From a virus, in IMG/VR virus record IMGVR_UViG_3300038313_000260: a DNA stretch of 44,538 bases, one strand, 5' to 3'. Shown here piece after piece: positions 24,412 to 32,741 of the stretch. The notes beneath the pieces are model-generated. The model worked only from the letters and a program-made list of their open reading frames with translations. It was not told the DNA's origin and made no database searches. The position numbers and the translations under genes were made by a program. The first letter of the stretch is position 1. Every line of letters starts with the position of its first letter.

Positions 24412-25218
24412 ATGGGAAGTAGTAAAAAAATTAAAACAGAGTTATACAATGATAATTTCCAAAATTATAAAAGATATGGGATACCAAAAGCACAGCTGGT
24501 AATAGCAGATATACCTTATAACATTGGGAATAACTTTTACGGAAGTAATCCAATGTGGTACAAGGGTGGAGATAACAAAAATGGGGAGAGTAAGTTAGCT
24601 AAGAAAGCTGCATTTAATAGCGATTTTAATTTTAATATTGCTGAGTACTTCCATTTTTGTAATCGACTATTAAAAAAAGAGCCAGAAAAAAGCAATGGGC
24701 GAGGGAAATCATCAGATGCGCCTTGTATGATTGTATTTTGTTCTTTTGAACAAATACAAACAGTAATTAAATACGCTGAAAAATATGGATTTAAGCATAA
24801 CATACCTTTGATTTTTTGCAAGAACTATAGTCCTCAGGTGCTTAAAGCAAATATGAGAATTTGTGGTGCAACTGAATATGCATTAGTGTTGTACCGTGAA
24901 AAGCTTCCGAAGTTCAGGAATAATGGGAAAATGATTTTTAATTGGTTTGAGTGGCACAGAGATAAAACAAAGGTTTATCCTAAAATACATCCAGCCCAAA
25001 AGCCAGTAAATCTTTTAAAACAACTTATAAAGATATTTACAGATGAGGGCGACGTTGTAATAGATCCAGTAGCGGGGAGTGGAACAACCTTAAGAGCAGC
25101 TAGGGAATTAAATAGAAATAGTTATGGATTTGAAATATCTAAAGATTTTTATAAGAAAGCAAAAGAGCAAATGTTAGCTGAAAACAAAAGTGAATTTGAA
25201 CAATTATCTATAGTTTAA
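24412..25218 (+). CDS. Orphan beta-class DNA methyltransferase (N6A/N4C type)
   Basis: The motif IV variant ADIPYNIG lies N-terminal to motif I VIDPVAGSGTT, which is the beta permutation. No adjacent endonuclease gene. GGAGGG RBS before ATG 24412. Confidence 0.8.
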   Translation: MGSSKKIKTELYNDNFQNYKRYGIPKAQLVIADIPYNIGNNFYGSNPMWYKGGDNKNGESKLAKKAAFNSDFNFNIAEYFHFCNRLLKKEPEKSNGRGKSSDAPCMIVFCSFEQIQTVIKYAEKYGFKHNIPLIFCKNYSPQVLKANMRICGATEYALVLYREKLPKFRNNGKMIFNWFEWHRDKTKVYPKIHPAQKPVNLLKQLIKIFTDEGDVVIDPVAGSGTTLRAARELNRNSYGFEISKDFYKKAKEQMLAENKSEFEQLSIV

Positions 25219-25280
25219 ATTCAAACAGTTAGCCTGCATTTCAAAAAATAAGGCCATATGTGAGTATTGTTGTAAATTAT

Positions 25281-25314
25281 TATTACTTGATTATCATATG
25301 ATAATCAAGTAATA
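25281..25314. repeat. 34-bp perfect palindrome TATTACTTGATTATCA|TATGATAATCAAGTAATA
   Basis: All 17 pairs verified by hand, centred between 25297 and 25298. No flanking T-tract. Confidence 0.9.
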
Positions 25315-25334
25315 ATAATAAGGGAAGTGATTTT

Positions 25335-25520
25335 ATGAGTATTAAGGTAATGACTAAGGCGGAGTTTATGGCTAGGTATAGAAAAGACTTAGAAATGAAA
25401 AATAGAAAAAAGCAAAGAGATGCAGATGGAGCAATAGCTTTCTTAAAGAAAAGTGTATCCGGGAAAAGTAGTCCTATCGCTAATTCTACCAGGAGAGATA
25501 ACATATATGGAGGGTTTTAG
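25335..25520 (+). CDS. Hypothetical basic protein (61 aa)
   Basis: GGGAAG RBS. Abuts the next gene (stop 25520, start 25521). Confidence 0.45.
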   Translation: MSIKVMTKAEFMARYRKDLEMKNRKKQRDADGAIAFLKKSVSGKSSPIANSTRRDNIYGGF

Positions 25521-25940
25521 ATGGATAAAAATTTAGGCAAAATATTTGAAGAAGATTTTAAAAAATCAGTGCCAGACTGGTGTTGGATATATAGATTCAG
25601 AGATGGAACAGCAAATTTTGCAGGAGAGAAGAACCAGAATGTTAGATTTCAAGCTCATAACATATGTGATTTTGAAGTTATGGCAAATAACAACTTGTTT
25701 CTCTTAGAGCTTAAGAGTTATCAAGGTGTGAGTATTCCACTAAGTGGCATAAGAAAAAACCAACTAGAAGGAATGATTAAAGCTAGTAGCTATAGGAATA
25801 TATACCCTTATTTTATACTCAATTTTAGGGGTGTACAGCGTGTTTATGCAATAAAGGTACAAACACTCTGTAACTTTATTTTAACAGCAAATAGGAAATC
25901 TATACCGTTAAAATGGGCTATGGAAATCCAGAACTCTTAA
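25521..25940 (+). CDS. RecU-like PD-(D/E)xK Holliday junction resolvase
   Basis: CDFEVMANNNLFLLELKSYQGVSIPLSGIRKNQLEGM matches the RecU D-(F/Y)...(F/L)E-K...(F/I)P...I...Q pattern. Confidence 0.55.
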   Translation: MDKNLGKIFEEDFKKSVPDWCWIYRFRDGTANFAGEKNQNVRFQAHNICDFEVMANNNLFLLELKSYQGVSIPLSGIRKNQLEGMIKASSYRNIYPYFILNFRGVQRVYAIKVQTLCNFILTANRKSIPLKWAMEIQNS

Positions 25941-25950
25941 AGGAGGCTAA

Positions 25951-26094
25951 ATGATGGGAGTAGTAGCGTTAATATATATTTCTATGGCAGTATGTTTAGT
26001 AGTAGGGATATTAAGTGCCAGGTATGCGATTAGAAAGGTTAAGAGCGTAGAGATAGAAAGAACGGATTTAATAAAAACATGCAAAAATAGCTAA
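25951..26094 (+). CDS. Small single-TM protein (47 aa, not in the ORF track)
   Basis: AAGGAGG RBS. Hydrophobic helix GVVALIYISMAVCLVVGIL. Confidence 0.45.
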   Translation: MMGVVALIYISMAVCLVVGILSARYAIRKVKSVEIERTDLIKTCKNS

Positions 26095-26170
26095 GGAAAG
26101 ATGACTTAGGTGTAAAAATATTTAAGGCTAAACATAGATAATAATTAAGATTTTAGGGGAGGATTTCGGT

Positions 26171-26698
26171 ATGGTAGACGATAAAGCATTTAAAGAGATG
26201 GAACAAAAACTTTTTAATTATTTCAATAAAGATAAAAGGGTGAGTGTTCTAAATAAAAGGTTAGAGATTTTGAAAAAGCAAATATCTGAAATAGAGTACA
26301 AGTTAAGAAATGTTGATGTGGACCTCCCCGAAGAATCAAGAGCTGTTGGCTATAATGAAAGGGTTCAAACAAGTCCTACCGACGAAAGTTATGCCGAGAG
26401 AGCTTGCATGCATATAACGGATAAGTTGCTAAAGGAACAAGCTTGGAAAAAAGAACAGACCGCTGATATAGAAGAAACTATCAGGAATATTGAAGCAGAT
26501 AATGCATTTATTGAAGCTAATATAAAAGATCTAAGAGTTGAGGATCAGGAGTTTTTAAAAGAAAAATATAAATATGGAAAAACGGACTGGCAACTGGGGA
26601 TGAGGTTTGGTATGTCACAATCTACAGCTACAAGAGTAAAAAAACAATTAGTTCAAAATATTATTAATTGGGATGAATGGATAAAATGTATTGGTTAA
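26171..26698 (+). CDS. Late-gene transcriptional activator candidate (sigma-70 region-4-like HTH; RinA/ArpU-type by position)
   Basis: C-terminal HTH DWQLGMRFGMSQSTATRVKKQLVQNI. Last gene of the early/middle region before the packaging module. Confidence 0.5.
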   Translation: MVDDKAFKEMEQKLFNYFNKDKRVSVLNKRLEILKKQISEIEYKLRNVDVDLPEESRAVGYNERVQTSPTDESYAERACMHITDKLLKEQAWKKEQTADIEETIRNIEADNAFIEANIKDLRVEDQEFLKEKYKYGKTDWQLGMRFGMSQSTATRVKKQLVQNIINWDEWIKCIG

Positions 26699-26745
26699 AT
26701 TTATATGCAGTTGCTTCATTAATATACAATAATACATTGATTTAC

Positions 26746-26773
26746 TTGACTAATTTTTAAAATATGGTATGAT
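26746..26773 (+). promoter_or_regulatory. Sigma-A promoter of the 26797-28800 two-gene module
   Basis: TTGACT (26746-26751), 16-nt spacer, TATGAT (26768-26773), with an extended -10 TG at 26765-26766. Confidence 0.6.
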
Positions 26774-26796
26774 TACTATATTAATTTAATTAGAGG

Positions 26797-27585
26797 GTGG
26801 GTTATGTGTTAAAAAGTTCTATTCCAAAAGATGTTTTGGCTGAGAGATATGTTAGATTGGTGATTAAAGCAATAAATGATTCTAAAGAACAACAATATCA
26901 AGAATTGAATGGAAGAGGCTTTAATATCAATAATGGTAGATATCAGGATAGATGGAACTATTTATTTCATAATATAGAAGTATTATTTTCTGACAAGCCA
27001 TTTAAATGTTATGAAATCTGTAGGAGTGCATTATGGGGATTTGTAGCAATTTATAATTTGGGAAGCAAGATTTTATATATTATATTAAAAAAAGATAGAT
27101 TTAACACTATAAAGAATGATCATGAAAGTATGTATCATTATGTTAAAGTTTTAGATTCTATAAATTCAAATAAACCTTTTATCACTATATCTAAACCAAA
27201 ACAAATTTCATTATTTCCTACAAAGGAACCTTCATCGGAACATATATTTGATGATTTAGAAAGCATGTTAAGTGATATAAAAGATGAAATTAAATGGTGT
27301 GTAGATATACTTTTCACAGAAAATGCTAATGGAGTAGATTCAATATCAGGTAACTTGGCAACATATGATTTAGATATTTTTAAAACATATAATTGGAATA
27401 AGTATATTGTTCCTACTATTACAGAGATTAGTGATACTAAAGAAGGTGGAATTGTTAAATCTGATAAAAATCCACCAATTGAATTAAAGATTAGAAAAGG
27501 GAAACCTAGGGAATATAAAGAACAAGACATGGTTGCTAAAAAAGAGAAAGATGATAGGGGTAAAAAAAATACTGATGGGAATTAG
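26797..27585 (+). CDS. Unknown 262-aa protein, upstream partner of the HTH-peptidase fusion (candidate toxin/effector)
   Basis: GAGGGTGG RBS. The GTG start is ambiguous (26797 or 26806). No motif I recognise. The C-terminal 45 aa are strongly Lys/Glu/Asp-rich. Confidence 0.55.
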   Translation: MGYVLKSSIPKDVLAERYVRLVIKAINDSKEQQYQELNGRGFNINNGRYQDRWNYLFHNIEVLFSDKPFKCYEICRSALWGFVAIYNLGSKILYIILKKDRFNTIKNDHESMYHYVKVLDSINSNKPFITISKPKQISLFPTKEPSSEHIFDDLESMLSDIKDEIKWCVDILFTENANGVDSISGNLATYDLDIFKTYNWNKYIVPTITEISDTKEGGIVKSDKNPPIELKIRKGKPREYKEQDMVAKKEKDDRGKKNTDGN

Positions 27586-27618
27586 TTACATTTAGCATTT
27601 AGGAGGTTAACAGGTAAA

Positions 27619-28800
27619 ATGTTAAATACTAGTAAAAAAAGACATAGTAATTTTAATGGAGAAAGACTTAAATTCGCAAGGAAATATAGGGGGAAAACTA
27701 TAGCAGACTTGGCTCAAGACATAGGAATATCTAAACAAGCAATTTCTCAATTTGAAAATGGAAGATCATTCCCACTATTTGAAACATTAATGAAACTTAT
27801 AAATGTTTTAAAATTTCCACATGAATATTTTTACGAAGACGATGATATAAATATAGAATTAGGGAATACTTATTTTAGATCATCAAGTAAAATGACTAAA
27901 AGGGAGGAAAGCATTCAGAAAGAAAAAACTAAATTAATAGGGAAAATTTTTAGTTTTCTAGATGAATATATAGAATTTCCTAAATTAAATTTGCCTGAGT
28001 TTAAAGCAGATCTGACAATTGAAGAAATGGCTATAAAACTCAGAGAGCATTGGGGACTTGGAGAAGAGCCTATTAAAGATATAGTATATGTGCTCGAAAA
28101 AAATGGTGTAATAGTCACGTCAATGAATACTAATACTGATACTATAGACGCATATAGTCAGCAACAAAATATAAACGGGGAAAAACATTTTATAGTTGTA
28201 TTAGGGAATGACAAGCATTCAGCTACGAGAAGACAATTTAGTCTTGCACATGAGCTTGGGCATATAGTAATGCATGATAGTTTCTTAGATGTGGAAGATC
28301 TCACTAAAGAAGAGATTAGAAATATGGAAAATGAGGCACATACTTTTGCTTCAGCATTTCTATTGCCAAGGGATAGTTTTGGTAGGGATGTGAGTATATA
28401 TCCAACAGATTTGAACTACTATAAACAGTTAAAGAAGAAATGGAAGACCTCAATTTCTGCTATGTTGGTAAGAGCAAATCATTTAGGTATACTTACTAAT
28501 AGTTCATATCAGGTTGCTATGAAGAAAATGAGCAAACTTGGATGGAGAAAATGTGAACCTTTAGATGATACTTTGATAATGAATAGACCAACAGTTTTAA
28601 GAAGAGCGATTGACATCTTAATAGATAATGATATTTTAGATGAAAGTGGTATACTAAAAGAACTGTCTAATAGAGGATTGACGTTACCAACAGAAGAAAT
28701 TGAAATGTTGTTAGGGCTAGACAATGGAAAATTAAAGCCTAAGAATATAGACAACAATGATATAATACAAATACCATTAAGAAAAGAAAGTATGAATTAA
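27619..28800 (+). CDS. XRE-family HTH fused to an ImmA/IrrE (M78, COG2856) zinc peptidase domain
   Basis: N-terminal HTH KTIADLAQDIGISKQAISQFENGRSFP. Intact peptidase motif FSLAHELGHIVMH. AGGAGG RBS. Confidence 0.85.
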   Translation: MLNTSKKRHSNFNGERLKFARKYRGKTIADLAQDIGISKQAISQFENGRSFPLFETLMKLINVLKFPHEYFYEDDDINIELGNTYFRSSSKMTKREESIQKEKTKLIGKIFSFLDEYIEFPKLNLPEFKADLTIEEMAIKLREHWGLGEEPIKDIVYVLEKNGVIVTSMNTNTDTIDAYSQQQNINGEKHFIVVLGNDKHSATRRQFSLAHELGHIVMHDSFLDVEDLTKEEIRNMENEAHTFASAFLLPRDSFGRDVSIYPTDLNYYKQLKKKWKTSISAMLVRANHLGILTNSSYQVAMKKMSKLGWRKCEPLDDTLIMNRPTVLRRAIDILIDNDILDESGILKELSNRGLTLPTEEIEMLLGLDNGKLKPKNIDNNDIIQIPLRKESMN

Positions 28801-28918
28801 AGTTGCATTAAATATGAATTTGTTTTGCATTAAAATCTTTTCAAAATGTAATATAATAAGCATATAGGCAAGTGAGCCTAGATAAAATTCACTACAATAT
28901 ATTGTATTAATATGGAAT

Positions 28919-28950
28919 AAGCATCCAGCATTACCTAGGTGCTTATTTTT
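28919..28950 (+). terminator. Rho-independent terminator after the HTH-peptidase gene (member of the TAGGTGCTT terminator family)
   Basis: AAGCATC (28919-28925) pairs with GGTGCTT (28938-28944), followed by ATTTTT. Confidence 0.6.
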
Positions 28951-28958
28951 ATGCCTAT

Positions 28959-28997
28959 AGCCATATGGATGTGAACTAATTTCACATCCATATGGCT
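28959..28997. repeat. 17-bp-stem perfect hairpin between convergent units
   Basis: AGCCATATGGATGTGAA (28959-28975), loop CTAAT, TTCACATCCATATGGCT (28981-28997). Lies 11 nt from the hicB stop. Confidence 0.8.
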
Positions 28998-29007
28998 GAG
29001 ATAATTA

Positions 29008-29412
29008 TTAGTTTTTAATATTAAGTTTTTCTTTAAGAGCTGATTGAATAACTTGTGAAAAATTTATACTGTTTTTTTCGGCTAAATTTTTCAACCATTG
29101 AGGCATAGTAACAGTTGTTTTAACAGAAGTATTCTGAATAGCTTCACGATATAATGGCATATAAACATCTACTAGTAAAGGTATTTCATTTTTATTGACT
29201 TTAATTTTATTTATTGGTGATGGGCCTGGTATTTCAATATTATCTTTTTCCATACCAAATAAGTGCAATGCTAAGACTTCTTTAGCACTTTTAACAGCAT
29301 CATCCATATTGTCAGCATTTGAAACACAACCAGGTAGATCAGGGAAAGTTATACCTACATTGTCTTTATATTGAGTTAATATAGCTGGATAAATATAAAC
29401 ATCTTTTTTCAT
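29008..29412 (-). CDS. hicB: HicB-family antitoxin (module 1)
   Basis: YPAIL...GITFPDLPGCVS.ADNMDDAVKSAKEVL.LHL is the HicB N-domain. The C-terminal TVTMPQWL...A...INFSQVIQSALKEKL is RHH-like. Confidence 0.85.
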   Translation of the reverse strand: MKKDVYIYPAILTQYKDNVGITFPDLPGCVSNADNMDDAVKSAKEVLALHLFGMEKDNIEIPGPSPINKIKVNKNEIPLLVDVYMPLYREAIQNTSVKTTVTMPQWLKNLAEKNSINFSQVIQSALKEKLNIKN

Positions 29413-29466
29413 GTTAGCTTAACCTCCTAATAATATATATTAAACTTTCAAGGGATAAGGGAGGGA

Positions 29467-29658
29467 TTAAGAAAATTTAATCCCCGTTTGTTTTTCAATA
29501 CTCTTTATGTTTTTTATACCTAAATCTTTAACAGGGTGCCTAATGGTTGCTAATTTATGCCCATCAGTGTATTGGTAATGGTCGCCGATCACTCTTTTTA
29601 AGTACCAGCCATGCTGTTTGAGTATCTTAATTACATCCCTTGATGAGTAAGATTTCAT
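29467..29658 (-). CDS. hicA: HicA-family mRNA interferase toxin (module 1)
   Basis: 63 aa. S-RDVIKILKQHGW...R..GDHYQY....KLATIRHP.KDLGIKNIKSIEKQTG is the HicA pattern. Confidence 0.85.
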   Translation of the reverse strand: MKSYSSRDVIKILKQHGWYLKRVIGDHYQYTDGHKLATIRHPVKDLGIKNIKSIEKQTGIKFS

Positions 29659-29681
29659 TTAACTTTCCTCCCTATAATTAT

Positions 29682-29710
29682 AGTATAGCACGTCTTTAAA
29701 GACGTGTCAA
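29682..29710 (-). promoter_or_regulatory. hicAB-1 promoter with palindromic operator in the spacer
   Basis: Minus strand TTGACA-17-TATACT. The 18-bp perfect palindrome CACGTCTTTAAAGACGTG (29689-29706) spans the 17-nt spacer and overlaps the -35 element by 2 nt. Confidence 0.7.
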
Positions 29711-29783
29711 ATAAAATAAGAAAATAATTTACTAGGTTGGGGCGAAATTTTGTGGCTTCAGCCATGTTAGGTCACGGCAGAAA

Positions 29784-29815
29784 TAAAAAAGCTATAGATA
29801 ATTGCATCTACAGCT
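29784..29815 (-). terminator. Rho-independent terminator of hicAB module 2
   Basis: Minus strand AGCTGTAGAT pairs with ATCTATAGCT (10 bp, one G-U pair), followed by TTTTT. Confidence 0.8.
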
Positions 29816-29825
29816 TTTATTAACT

Positions 29826-30233
29826 TTATTTATAATCTTTAATTTTTAGTTGCTCTTTAATGGCAGCTTGAAGAAGTTGGGAGAAGTTAATTTTGTTATC
29901 TTCAGCTATTTTATTTAACCAATAAGGAATAGTCAATGTTTTCTTGACAGCTTTATTAGCCATTTCATTTCTTATCAGTGGCATATAAGCTTCAATAGGC
30001 GCTATAAAAGAATTATTAGAAACTTTAATACTTTCAGGAGAAGATGGTAATGGAATTTTTTCATTATCATCTTCTAAGTTATATATATAAAGTTCTAAAG
30101 CATCTTTTGCCATATACATGGCTGACTTTAAATCATCACCTTCAGTTATACAACCAGGTAAGTCAGGAAATGAAATACAGTAGCCACCATCTTCGCTAGG
30201 TTCAAATATAGCTGGGAAAATAAAAGTATCCAT
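29826..30233 (-). CDS. hicB: HicB-family antitoxin (module 2)
   Basis: FPAIFEPSEDGGYCISFPDLPGCITEGDDLKSAMYMAKDAL, plus the C-terminal LTIPYWL...INFSQLLQAAIKEQL. Confidence 0.85.
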   Translation of the reverse strand: MDTFIFPAIFEPSEDGGYCISFPDLPGCITEGDDLKSAMYMAKDALELYIYNLEDDNEKIPLPSSPESIKVSNNSFIAPIEAYMPLIRNEMANKAVKKTLTIPYWLNKIAEDNKINFSQLLQAAIKEQLKIKDYK

Positions 30234-30296
30234 ATTTTAAGACCTCCTTAATTTTTTAAATTATTTTTTATATTAAACCTTTTTACAAGAGGGCTT

Positions 30297-30479
30297 TTAT
30301 TTAAGCCCTGCTTGTTTAAGTATTGAATTTAATGTCCCTGGCTTTAAGTCTTTGTTATGATTAGGTATTGTCAGTTTACCAGGTTTCGTTTTGTGTGCTA
30401 GGTAGATGTGGGAACCTCTTTGGCTCTTTATCTCCCAGCCTTCTTTAGTTAGTATTTTTAGTATTTCTTTTGGTTTCAT
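30297..30479 (-). CDS. hicA: HicA-family mRNA interferase toxin (module 2)
   Basis: 60 aa. KPKEILKILTKEGWEIKSQRGSHIYL.H...PGKLTIPNHNKDLKPGTLNSILKQAGL. Confidence 0.88.
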   Translation of the reverse strand: MKPKEILKILTKEGWEIKSQRGSHIYLAHKTKPGKLTIPNHNKDLKPGTLNSILKQAGLK

Positions 30480-30501
30480 CCCCCTTCCTCCTTACAATTA
30501 T

Positions 30502-30530
30502 ATTATAATACGTATTAGCACACGTGTCAA
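30502..30530 (-). promoter_or_regulatory. hicAB-2 promoter
   Basis: Minus strand TTGACA-17-TATAAT. The spacer starts with the ACACGTGT dyad. Shares ACGTGTCAAA-AAAAT with the module-1 promoter. Confidence 0.7.
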
Positions 30531-30601
30531 ACAAAATGAGAATATAGCACTTAAAAAACTATGCCCAAAACAAACAACATGTGAGGTGGTGACTATGTAG
30601 A

Positions 30602-31291
30602 ATGACAGATATAAGAGGACCAGATATAAGAGATCAGGCAAAACAAGATTACTTACAAGGTATGAAATATAAAAATCTTGCTGAAAAGTATGAAGTGAGT
30701 TTAAATACAATAAAGTCCTGGGTAAAAAGATATGGTTGGTCAGAAGAGAAAAAGAAGGGCGCACACAAAAATAAAAAGGGTGCGCCCTTAAATAATAAGA
30801 ACGCAGTAGGCCATGGAGCTCCGATAAGGAATAGGAATGCGGAGAAACATGGCTTTTTCTCTAAGTATCTTCCTGAAGAAACTTTAGATATTATTCAAGA
30901 TATAGAAACAAAAGCTCCTTTAGATATGCTTTGGGATCAAATAACGATACAGTATGCAGCAATTATAAGGGCACAAAAGATTATGCATGTTGAATCCAAA
31001 GATGAAATGATAAAAGAATTAAAAAAGACAAAAGATTCATGGGGTGATAAGGGCTCATCGGAAGAAAAAGAATATGAATTCCAGTTTGCTTGGGATAGAC
31101 AGGCTACTTTTTTAAATGCACAGAGTAGAGCTATATCAGAGTTAAGAAGTTTAATTAAAAACTATTTAGAATTAGAAGGATTAGATAAAGAAAAATCTAA
31201 AGCTGGTATTAAAGATTGGAAATCAGCTATTCAGGAGATTGCTAAACGTAGAGAAAAGAAGCAACAATCTGAGGTGAATTCAAATGGATGA
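30602..31291 (+). CDS. terS: Terminase small subunit
   Basis: N-terminal [37 protein letters not shown], followed by [23 protein letters not shown] repeats common in Firmicute phage TerS. Directly precedes and overlaps terL. Confidence 0.8.
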   Translation: MTDIRGPDIRDQAKQDYLQGMKYKNLAEKYEVSLNTIKSWVKRYGWSEEKKKGAHKNKKGAPLNNKNAVGHGAPIRNRNAEKHGFFSKYLPEETLDIIQDIETKAPLDMLWDQITIQYAAIIRAQKIMHVESKDEMIKELKKTKDSWGDKGSSEEKEYEFQFAWDRQATFLNAQSRAISELRSLIKNYLELEGLDKEKSKAGIKDWKSAIQEIAKRREKKQQSEVNSNG

Positions 31292-32741
31292 TTCTAATAT
31301 ATTTGTTGAATTATTAGATATTTATTGGGATAATCCAGTAGCTTTTGCTGAGGATATGTTAGGCTTTTATCCTGATGAATGGCAAGCTAAAGTAATGATG
31401 GACATTGCAAATACTCCTAGGGTATCTGTAAGGAGTGGCCAAGGAGTAGGTAAAACAGGATTAGAAGCGACTATAATTATATGGTTTTTATGTTGCAGAC
31501 CATTCCCTAAAGTAGTAGCTACAGCCCCAACAATGCAGCAGTTATATGATGTACTTTGGGCAGAGGTTGCTAAATGGCTTAACAAGAGCAAGGTTAAAGG
31601 CTTCCTTAAATGGACAAAGACTAAAATATATATGATAGGTGAAGAGGAAAGATGGTTTGCTACTGCTAAAACGGCAACAAAGCCAGAAAATATGCAAGGA
31701 TTCCATGAAGATTATATGCTTTTTGTAATTGATGAAGCTTCTGGTGTTGCTGACCCCATTATGGAAGCTATACTTGGTACTTTATCAGGAGCGGAAAATA
31801 AGCTCTTAATGTGTGGAAACCCTAATAAAACAAGTGGAGTTTTTTATGATAGCCATAATAGAGATAGGGCTCATTATAAAATTCATAAAGTAAGTAGCTT
31901 AGATAGTCCTAGGACTTCAAAAGAAAATATTGAAATGCTTAAGGAGAAATACCATGAGGATAGCGATGTCTACAGGGTAAGAGTTTTAGGCGAATTTCCT
32001 AAAGGTGATCTCGATACATTTATATCTTTAGAGTATGCTGAATTAGCAACACAATATGAGCTTGAAGCAATAGATTTTATTCTTCATTTTGGAGTGGACG
32101 TTGCTAGATATGGGTTGGATGAAACGATTATTGCTCCTAGAATAGGTGATAAGGTATTTAAATTAAATTCATATAGTAAGCAAAGCACAATGGTTACTGT
32201 TGGTTATATAATAAAAACATTCAGAAGTTATTTTGAAAAGTATCCATTCCTTAAAAGATGTAAAGTTAAGATTGATGATACTGGTGTAGGAGGTGGAGTA
32301 ACAGATAGGCTTGAAGAGGTAGTAAAAGAAGAGAATTTACCTATTGATGTTATCCCAGTAAATAATGGTGGGCAATCATATGATTTATACTATGCTAATT
32401 TAGGTACATGCATATGGGGAGAAGTTAGGGATACCTTAGAAGAAAATTTTTCAGCTCATATGAGAAATGAAAAGCCTAAAATACAATTACCTCAGGATGA
32501 AAGATTAATAAGCCAGCTTACTACTAGAAAATATAGGATAACAAGTAAAGGTAAACTTATACTTGAGTCTAAAGAAGGCATGAGGAAAAGAGGGTTAACT
32601 TCACCGGATCGAGCTGATGCAGTAGCATTAACATTTTATGATAGAACAGTATCTTATGATAAGAAGGTATATGAAAAAGGCATGGGACTTAAAGAAAATA
32701 TTCTTAAACAATATAAAAAGAGAGGAGGAAATGTGTTCTAA
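31284..32741 (+). CDS. terL: Terminase large subunit
   Basis: Walker [12 protein letters not shown] and Walker [11 protein letters not shown]. 485 aa. Its stop overlaps the portal start (TAATG). Confidence 0.9.
   Translation: MDDSNIFVELLDIYWDNPVAFAEDMLGFYPDEWQAKVMMDIANTPRVSVRSGQGVGKTGLEATIIIWFLCCRPFPKVVATAPTMQQLYDVLWAEVAKWLNKSKVKGFLKWTKTKIYMIGEEERWFATAKTATKPENMQGFHEDYMLFVIDEASGVADPIMEAILGTLSGAENKLLMCGNPNKTSGVFYDSHNRDRAHYKIHKVSSLDSPRTSKENIEMLKEKYHEDSDVYRVRVLGEFPKGDLDTFISLEYAELATQYELEAIDFILHFGVDVARYGLDETIIAPRIGDKVFKLNSYSKQSTMVTVGYIIKTFRSYFEKYPFLKRCKVKIDDTGVGGGVTDRLEEVVKEENLPIDVIPVNNGGQSYDLYYANLGTCIWGEVRDTLEENFSAHMRNEKPKIQLPQDERLISQLTTRKYRITSKGKLILESKEGMRKRGLTSPDRADAVALTFYDRTVSYDKKVYEKGMGLKENILKQYKKRGGNVF

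Noticed and set aside
28825-28950. Candidate small RNA (TTGCAT-18-TAATAT promoter-like sequence, two short hairpins, terminator at 28919-28950)
   Set aside because: Promoter-like hexamers are frequent in this AT-rich DNA and the spacing is suboptimal. The terminator is adequately explained as the end of the HTH-peptidase transcript. Kept only as a weak possibility.
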